Part shown: positions 55,849-64,000 of the stretch, one piece after another
Layout: each line of letters begins with the position of its first letter
Position numbering within the stretch: position 1 is the first letter of the stretch
Source: Octopus vulgaris
Lineage: Eukaryota
DNA: 64,000 nt
NCBI GenBank assembly: GCA_951406725.2
Contig: OX597829.1
Coordinates: forward strand, 2,418,001 to 2,482,000
Reading direction: 5' to 3'
Position numbers and translations under genes: made by a program
Notes under the pieces: model-generated
What the model was told of the DNA's origin: nothing
Database searches by the model: none
What the model saw: only the letters and a program-made list of their open reading frames with translations

Positions 55849-56512
55849 CATACCCCCTGGAAACACATCCAGAGCAAGCACACAGGGACACGCGCACACT
55901 CACAGCATATCGTGCGGGCGGGCACATGCACGCATAGGACACACTAGCGGGCATTGACCGCACACATACGTGGCATACACACGCATGCATTATATATATG
56001 TAGGTTATGTATGTGTGTGAGTGTTGTGTGTGTGTGTGTGCACGTTGTGTGTGTGTGTGCGCGTGTGTATATATATGTGTGTGTGTGTGTGCACTGTGTG
56101 CGTGTGTGTGTATGTGTGTGTGTGCGCGCGTTGTGTGTGTGTGTGTGCACGTGTGTATATATGTGTGTGTGTGTGTGCACTGTGTGCGTGTGTATGTGTG
56201 TGTGTGTGTATGAGCATTGTATACGTGTGTATGTATTTACATGTGTATTTGTTTTTTTGTTTTTATATATATATATATATAAAAACAAAAAAAAAACAAA
56301 TACACATGTAAATACATACACACGTATACAATGCTCATACACACACACACACATACACACGCACACAGTGCACACACACACACACATATATACACACGTG
56401 CACACACACACACACACACAACGCGCGCACACACACACACATACACACACACGCACACAGTGCACACACACACACACATATATATACACACGCGCACACA
56501 CACACACAACGT

Positions 56513-56545
<33 letters not shown>

Positions 56546-56844
56546 GCACACACACACACATATATACACACGTGCACACACACACACACAACGCGCGCAC
56601 ACACACACACATACACACACACGCACACAGTGCACACACACACACACATATATATATACACACGCGCACACACACACACAACGTGCACACACACACACAC
56701 AACACTCACACACATACATAACCTACATATATATAATGCATGCGTGTGTATGCCACGTATGTGTGCGGTCAATGCCCGCTAGTGTGTCCTATGCGTGCAT
56801 GTGCCCGCCCGCACGATATGCTGTGAGTGTGCGCGTGTCCCTGT

Positions 56845-59119
56845 GATTACTTTCCTTATTTATTCGTGTTTGGTCTGTGGTGTTGTCCGAGCATTGGTAT
56901 AGTGGGAAGACTAAGAATTTGGGGGACTTATTGTGTGCACAAAGGTCTAAGTGTCCACTTAGTGGTATCTGTCTTGTGGAGGGGTCCCTCAGTTGTTGTC
57001 GGTGAACTGTCATTCTTTCTCTGAGGGTAAGGCTCGTTTGCCCTATGTAGTCTTCGTGGCATCCTTCACACCTTATGACGTAGAGTAAATTTTTTGATGC
57101 GCACGTGAAATTATTTTTTATGATGAATGTGTGTCCCGAGTGGAACTTGTACGACGATCCCTCAATGAGGTGGATGCAGGTCTTGCAGTTGGGGCGACCA
57201 CATTTTTTGATTGTGGGCGGTGGGTTTGTGTTGTGTAATTTTGCGTTGGTGAGGAGGTTTTTTAGGGATTTAGGTTGTCTCTTACTTTTTATTATTTTAT
57301 GAGCTGCCAGTATTTTTTTCAGGCGTGGGTCTTGATTTAGTTGTGGAATGTTGTTGTATATAATAGTGTAAGCTTCTGCATTCCTTGGGTTGTGTGTTGA
57401 GAGATAGGGGAGGCTATTTACTGTACTGTGGATGTGTTTGGGTTTTCGTAGGTCTTGAATGTTGATTGATTTGGCCCGTTCTATTCCGTTGTCTACTAGT
57501 GATGCCGGGTAATGTCTTTCGAGAAGAATTGCCCTTAGTTCCCGGAGTCTTCTATTTCGTGTTGTGTCATTTGAGACAATAGTGCAGATTCTTCTCGCTA
57601 GGTTGAAGGGGATATTTGTCTTTGTGTGTTTTGGGTGATTGGAGGTGAATAGAAGGTATTGTTTAGAGTCAGTGGGTTTGTAATGGATGTCAGTTTCAAT
57701 GTTGACGCCTTTTTTAATGATTAGGATGTCAAGAAAAGGGAGTTGGTCCTGACTATATTCCATTGTGAATTGAATGTTGTTATTTACACTGTTGATAAGG
57801 TTTTTGAAGTCTATAAGTTGGTCGAGTGTGTGGGGCCATAGGATGAGGCAATCATCTAAGTAGCGTTTCCAGTTCTCCAACAGGTATTTGTGGAAAGACT
57901 GGCCGTACTTATATTTGGATTTTTCATAGATATGTGATTCCAGGTAGGCCATCACCAGGTTTGCATAGGTAGGTGCAACTTTCGTACCCATTGCAGTTCC
58001 TGAGACCTGTCTGTAAGTGTTGTTGTGGAAATACATGAAGTTGTTTTGCAGAATAAATTTGAGGCCCTCAATTATGAATTCTTTTTTAATTCTTTCCGGG
58101 ATCTCATTGGGATATTTATCTAGCCAGAATTTAATGGCTTCCAGTCCATATTGATGTGGGATTGTGGTGTAAAGATTAATGACATCAAAAGAAACGATTA
58201 AGGTGTCTTTATCGGCATGTTTGGGGAGATGATTTAATAGGTCCAGGTCATCTCTTACAATACTTGGAATGTGTTTCAGTATTGGCTTTAAGATGATATC
58301 TATAAAGTTGCTAAGTCTGTGTGTTTCACAACTTGGGCCTGCCACTATTGGTCTCAGTTTGAGATCAGTGGGATGTGGTATAGTGATGCAGGTTGAAGTG
58401 GACTTTTTGCAAGCTTCTGTGATAATTTGACTCTTGTGTATTTTTGGAAGCCCATAGAGTGTGCTGGTTTTGCAATTAAATTTAGTAATGTAGTCGCATT
58501 CCTTTGCTGTCAAGTCATTCCGGTGTTGGTAAATGAGTGCCTTCAGATTGGTCATTGTTTTGGATTGCTGGTAGTCGACTACTCTTTCGTAGTATGTGGT
58601 ATCCTCTAAAAGGAGAGATACAGAGTTTTTATATTGCTCAGTATTCATAACAACGACCGTACTACCCTTATCAGCTTCCTTTATTGTGACGTCATGATTG
58701 TCTCGTAGCGTATGGATGATTTCCCATTCTCTTTTACTGGTGTTGGGTTTGAGTTTAGGTTGTGGGAGTTCACCATAAGGGAAGTTGGAGATGTAATCGC
58801 AAAATTTGTCTAAGGTTTTGTTTTTGCCTTTTATGGGATTATAGTTGCTTTTGTTACAGACCATTGATTCGTCGTTATTATTAGTTTTCCTGTCAAAAAA
58901 TTCCTCTGTGAGGCGTAATTTTCTGCAAAAGTGTGAGATGTCATCCTGTATTTCCCTCAGGTTAGGGTATTACGGAGTTGGGGTGAATTTTAGTCCTCTT
59001 GAAAGGATTTTTATTTGTGGTGTCGACAGGTTTAGGTTAGAAAGATTCACTATTTTTGGTTTTTCGGGGTTGGTATCTACCATCTGGTGTCGTGGAAACT
59101 GATGCCCTTGCCTAAAAAA
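56845..59119 (-). CDS. PLE ORF2: reverse transcriptase + Zn-knuckle linker + GIY-YIG endonuclease. One premature stop and a disrupted C-terminus.
   Basis: VNLSNLNLS...LSRGLKFTPTP*(TAA 58972-58970), LYGLPKIHK, LRPIVAG, SFDVINLYT, GTAMGTKVAPTYANL, YLDD, CGRPNCKTC and LLYVIRC...YIGQT. Confidence 0.93.
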
Positions 59120-60423
59120 GGAATCCTGGGGGTTCTTCTGTTTGCGGTATTTTGCTGTATGTGATTCTGTCCCCCGTTGATATGTTGTCTGTTGAAGAGG
59201 TTTTGGTTGTTGTGATTCTGTCCCCCGTTGATATGTTGTCTGTTGAAGAGGTTTTGGTTGTTCCAGGGTCTGGGTTATTGGTGTGGCCTCCTGGAAGAGT
59301 TTTGGTTATTCCAGGGTCTGGGTTGTTTGTCCTGGGTGTGATGTTGGTTCCTTAGAGTGGGTTGGAAACTATATTCATGGTTTAGAAGTGAATTCCTATA
59401 TGTTGGGGGAGAACTGTGAGTTAGGAGCGGTTTGGGTTGGAATCTACAATCATAGTTCAGAGATGGGTTTCTAAGTGAAGGGTAGGATCTCCGAATCTGG
59501 AACGGTTCTTGTGTGGGTTGGGGTCTACGTTGTCTAGTAAAGTTTTGTCTTGTGATGATGGGTGTCTCGGTTCTTTTGATGGGATTGTAGTGCTGTCTGT
59601 AAGTTCTGTTGTTGTTGTTGTTGATGTTAGGGGTGGTGTGTGTTCGGTGTTTTGTGGTTGGTTTTCTTTGTTTTTGGCGAGGGGTGTGAGTTGAAGTAGA
59701 TATTTTAAAATATGGGTTGCTTGAAAGGTGTTCCTTTGTGAACTCTGTTTCATAATTGGTGAACCAGCTGTTTTTTTCCATTCGCTGGAGGGATGTTAGT
59801 TCTTCATCCTCGCAGTTTTTTCTCCAGAGTTTGGTGGTTTCATCAAGGAGTGCTCCTTCACAGTGTTTTGAGATTTCAATCTGCATTTCATTGTCAAGGG
59901 TCTTGGATTTTTCTTCACTGGCGTTGGCTCTGAGCCGCAAGAGTTCTACTTCCGTTTTGAATTTTTCAAAAGCTAGTTTCTCCCTGAGGTTTTTTTGGTT
60001 TTCTGGTTCATTTTGGATGGGTTTTATTTGTAGTTTTCTGGGTAGGATGATAGGGGTGGAGTTGAGCCACTTTTCATAAATGTCAGCTTTGTTGTTATTT
60101 TTTATGAAATTCCAGAAGGCAAACTTACGCGCTTTGAGATTTTTACTCCAGGTGTTGTTAAGAGAGCTTTTAATTGAGAAGCAGTCTTTAGTTTGCTCCT
60201 GCTTTGGGAGCACTGCCGTCTCTATGGATTTCATTAGGTTTTGCAGTGTTGGGATGATGTCAGGGATTTGATTGGTTGTTTTGGCCTCCATGAGTCCATT
60301 TAGGTATAAGTGCGATTGTTCGACTTTGTTTATTATGGTTGAAAGTTTCGAGGAGATTTCTTGTAATTCTTTTAGGATATTTTGGTTCATTAAAGATTCT
60401 GCTTGTTGTGATTTGGGTGGCAT
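59077..60423 (-). CDS. PLE ORF1: coiled-coil-like protein with a Q/N/R/P-rich repetitive C-terminus and one internal stop at 59277-59275
   Basis: Long stop-free frame from MPPKSQQAESLM. The frame continues past the TAA to ...PRIPFLGKGISFHDTRW* (TAG 59079-59077). Contains a 51-nt tandem repeat (NNQNLFNRQHINGGQNH x2). Confidence 0.75.
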
Positions 60424-60537
60424 TTTCGGGACTCGTGTGATGTTTATATATATATAAAAAAGTTGAGTTGTGGGGTATCGCACGAGTGGGATTGTATAAG
60501 AAAAAAGGTTTGAAAATGCAATTTAAACGATGTTTAT

Positions 60538-60582
60538 TTACTTAACCGGTTTCACTCTTTGGTAAAAGATTGTCAAAAGTAA
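60538..60582 (-). ncRNA. pLTR hammerhead ribozyme copy just upstream of ORF1
   Basis: Identical to 53654-53698. Confidence 0.6.
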
Positions 60583-61246
60583 CATTAAAAGTAACATTGA
60601 ATAATATGGGTTCAAAAAAGTTTTTTACATAATTGTCACATTGAATATTATGCATTCAAAAAGGTTTTTTACATAATTGTCACATTGGATACGCTGCTTG
60701 ACCAGCAGGCACGGACACATCTATTCACACCCACATACTAACCTCCTGATAACCCCAAAACCATTGATGCTTGAAGGGGAAGTATACACCACACTGGGTA
60801 CAACCTTTTTCTCTCAATTCAACCTTTCTGCTAAAACAAACAGGTCAGTAACAACATATTCTCGCCTTCAACTTAAAATATTCTGAGATGTATAAAAAAT
60901 CTATTTTAATTTTTGCTGTCAAAAGATTGTATATATATACCAAAGACTGTATATATATACATGTAATGTGACAATTTGCGACAACCAATAATTAACGCAA
61001 CCAAATTTCCAATAATATATTTGTTTTATCCTTTTCTGCCAATTTTTCCAAATATTCTCATCACACTATTGAACTTCTCTGTTACCAAACACTATATTTA
61101 TACATGTAATGTGACAATTTTGTATAAAAAAACATTTTTGAATTCATAATACCCAATGTGACAATTATGTAAAAAACATTTTTGAATTCATAATATTCAA
61201 TGTGACAATTATGTAAAAAACTTTTTTGAACCCATATTATTCAATG

Positions 61247-61291
61247 TTACTTTTGACAATCTTTTACCAAAGAGTGAAACCGGTTAAGTAA
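61247..61291 (+). ncRNA. pLTR hammerhead ribozyme copy in the inverted pLTR
   Basis: ttacttttgacaatcttttaccaaagagtgaaaccggttaagtaa. Confidence 0.6.
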
Positions 61292-61370
61292 ATAAACATC
61301 GTTTAAATTGCATTTTCAAACCTTTTTTCTTATATAATCTCACTCGTGCGATACCCCACAACTCAACTTT

Positions 61371-61419
<49 letters not shown>

Positions 61420-61494
61420 TTGATTCGCTTTTTCGCTGTTTCTTTCTATTCGTCTTTTTTATTCCGCTTTCATCACAAGCATCATCGCCACCAT

Positions 61495-61537
<43 letters not shown>

Positions 61538-61589
61538 TTTCTCTAAAACCTTCGATATATATACCAATGTTAACATATACAGTATAGTG

Positions 61590-61822
61590 AAGCGGCAAGC
61601 TGGCAGAAACGTTAGCACGCCGGGTGAAATGCGTAGCCGTATTTCGTCTGCCGTTACGTTCTGAGTTCAAATTCCGCCGAGGTCGACTTTACCGTTCATC
61701 TTTTCGGAATCGATTAAGTAAGTACCAGTTACGCACTGGGGTCGATGTAATCGACTTAATCCGTTTGTCTGTCCTTGTTTGTCTCCACTGTGTCTAGCCC
61801 CTTGTGTGTAGTAAAGAAATAG
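61590..61822 (+). mobile_element. SINE family B monomer
   Basis: Full head-to-tail match. Other copies at about 25571-25799, 29010-29230, 35460-36330 (cluster), 41127-41358 and 48352-48570. Confidence 0.85.
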
Positions 61823-62484
61823 GTATACGGTATAGTGAGTCAAGGAACGTTCAACAACAAATATTACAGATGTAATGAGGAGAAATAATGAAGAGACCGG
61901 CCAACAAATCATTACTGGTACTGCCTATATTTGATAATTTAATGAATCTTCGTTAATTAAAATTTTAATGAAGGATGTTTCCTTTGCCCATCTTTATTAG
62001 TGTTTGTCTCTATATATCTAATTATTTCAATTTGTTAAACCATATTTTCTCTACGTTTATTATATTAACCGATAGATTGGTAGATTTGTTAAAATATACA
62101 AGTTCAGGTATAGGGGTATGATTTCAAGTTTGGTTTCACTTTACATCATATTTAGCATGTGTGGCTGTATGATAAGAGGTTTGCTTCTCAACCACATGGT
62201 TCCAGGTTCGGTCCCACTGCGTAGCACCTTGGGCAAGTGTCTTCTACTATAGCCACGGGTCGACCAAACCCTTCTGAGTGAATTTGGTTGACAGAACTGA
62301 AAGAATCCCAAGTCCTTTCTCCATGTGATCGGCTTGAAGAATCGTTAAGACACTAGGATATTTTCCTACTTTTCTTAACATGAAACCAATGGTAGCCTTA
62401 ATTCACAAATAAAGAAATTATATCCACCAATGCGGTTTTGAGCACCCATTTTCATCGTTCGACATTAACATATATATATCATCT

Positions 62485-62562
<78 letters not shown>

Positions 62563-62641
62563 ATGTATATATGTATATATATATATGTACATATATATAT
62601 GTATATGTATATATATACATACATACATAATATATATATAT

Positions 62642-62708
<67 letters not shown>

Positions 62709-62713
<5 letters not shown>

Positions 62714-63500
62714 TAAAAGAAATAAAACATATGCATATATATAAACATATATGTACGTACCTACCTCTACATGTACATATACATGCATATATGAGTACAG
62801 GACACCAAGGGGACGTCGAACACATAGAGAAACGAAAACATAGACACAAACCAAAGGAACAGGACATTTTTTTTAAAACAACAAAAAATGGAGTACAGGA
62901 CAGTTAACACAATGAAAAAACCCCTTCTTCAGTCGCTAAGGTTTCATCTACTCTACGTTTCGAAGGATAAAAGCGAGACGTATCTTCGACAAGAAACTTT
63001 CCTTCCTGCGAAAAGCAAATCAATTAAAATTCTGAGATCTTTTCGCAGAGGGGTAAAAAATGGTAAAAAAATGGTAAAAAAACGAGACAGTAACGACGGT
63101 ACAAAAATATAAACAGTAAAAAAAAATATATATATATAAACAGTAAAAAATATATATATAACAGTAAAGGACAGGACAGGGAGAACAAGATAAGAAGGGC
63201 TGTTGACGCCGAACGTAAAAAGTATTGCAAACGCTGAATTTTTTGTGACGACGAGAGAGCAGGAAAAGTCGTCCAGTAGCCTTAAAAGGCGGGCGAGAAA
63301 GACCGTTAGCAGTTACGGCGGAAGTATCGTCGCAGATGGACGACGGGAATGGGGGAGGAGGAGCAAGAGGAAGGGAGAGAAGAAGGGGAATGGTGCGAGG
63401 AGACCATGAAGAATGGTGAGGGGGAGAGAGAGAATGAAGAATGAGAGAGAGAGGAAGAGACAAGTTAAGTGAGGGAAAAAAGACGAAAAGGGGATGGGAT

Positions 63501-63531
<31 letters not shown>

Positions 63532-63720
63532 GCAGAGTGCGCGTGAGAGTTAATATCAAGGCGAACTTGATATACAGAACAATCTTACTTAAGAGGGTGC
63601 GTGCGTTTAGTCGTATAATATATTAATAAAAGAAATAAAACATATGCATTTATATAAACATATATGTACGTACCTACCTCTACATGTACATATACACGCA
63701 TATATGAGTACAGGACACCA
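62709..63720. mobile_element. ~1-kb non-coding element with ~100-bp direct terminal repeats in (TA)n, PLE-like
   Basis: attaataaaagaaataaaacatatgcat...gagtacaggacacca at 62709-62807 and 63622-63720. Confidence 0.55.
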
Positions 63721-63759
63721 TATATATATATATATATGTATATATATATTTATATATAT

Positions 63760-64000
63760 GAAAGAAGGTTTCAAAATGCAATTTTAAAGATGTTTATTCA
63801 CTTGACCGGTTTCACTTTTTTAGAAAAAGATTGTCAAAAATATAATGTAAAAGCTTTGTTGTGTTAAGCCCTGGTTGTCACAAAGGTATTAAAATACATA
63901 TATACATTCTTTGATAATGATAAGAAAACGTTAAAAACAGTTTACAAAAAAGTATTTAAGAAAGTATTCAAAAAAGTATTAGGAGTTCAATAAAAATCAT
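63760..64000 (-). mobile_element. pLTR end of a related Penelope subfamily with a U3-A8 hammerhead-like motif
   Basis: aagaaggtttcaaaatgcaatttt...cttgaccggtttcac...gattgtcaaaa is similar to 53614-53700. Minus strand reads TTGACAA...GAAACCGGTC. Confidence 0.65.

Larger units (their letters stand above)
53614..61370 (-). mobile_element. Penelope-like element (Neptune-like) with direct and inverted pseudo-LTRs, inserted in (TA)n
   Basis: 3' pLTR at 53614-54252, partial direct copy at 60498-60690, and inverted full copy at 60691-61370. Contains ORF1 and an RT/GIY-YIG ORF. TA tracts lie on both flanks. Confidence 0.9.

Noticed and set aside
58970-58972. In-frame stop in the PLE RT ORF as possible selenocysteine recoding
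   Set aside because: The codon is TAA, not TGA, so it is most simply a mutation or sequencing error.
62920-62965. GAAA...CTGAAGA words (also at 46415-46460) as a type II hammerhead
   Set aside because: Stems I and III cannot be formed between the motifs.

Overview
This is AT-rich, microsatellite- and repeat-dense eukaryotic DNA. The SINE/LINE repertoire resembles an octopus (cephalopod) genome, which is an inference. Only one credible host coding exon is visible: minus strand, 10054-10236, the N-terminus of a type II membrane protein. The rest is mostly transposon debris: several tRNA-type SINE families, RTE-type and RLE-type LINE fragments, a Tc1 transposase pseudogene, Helitron pieces, and piggyBac-, hAT- and Mutator-type MITEs. 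A near-intact Neptune-like Penelope element (PLE) lies at about 53.6-61.4 kb. There are four highlights. (1) The PLE has two ORFs, a coiled-coil-like ORF1 and an RT/GIY-YIG ORF2, joined at an HIV-like U_UUU_UUA site in exactly the -1 register. (2) A set of hammerhead ribozyme motifs, often inside palindromes, includes U3-A8 and G3-C8 core covariants. (3) Two TSD-bounded chimeric retrocopies fuse one SINE family to other Pol III RNAs (U6 snRNA and a pre-tRNA-Leu 3' end). (4) A 2-kb fold-back sits at the PLE 3' end. Coordinates were read by eye and may be off by a few bases.
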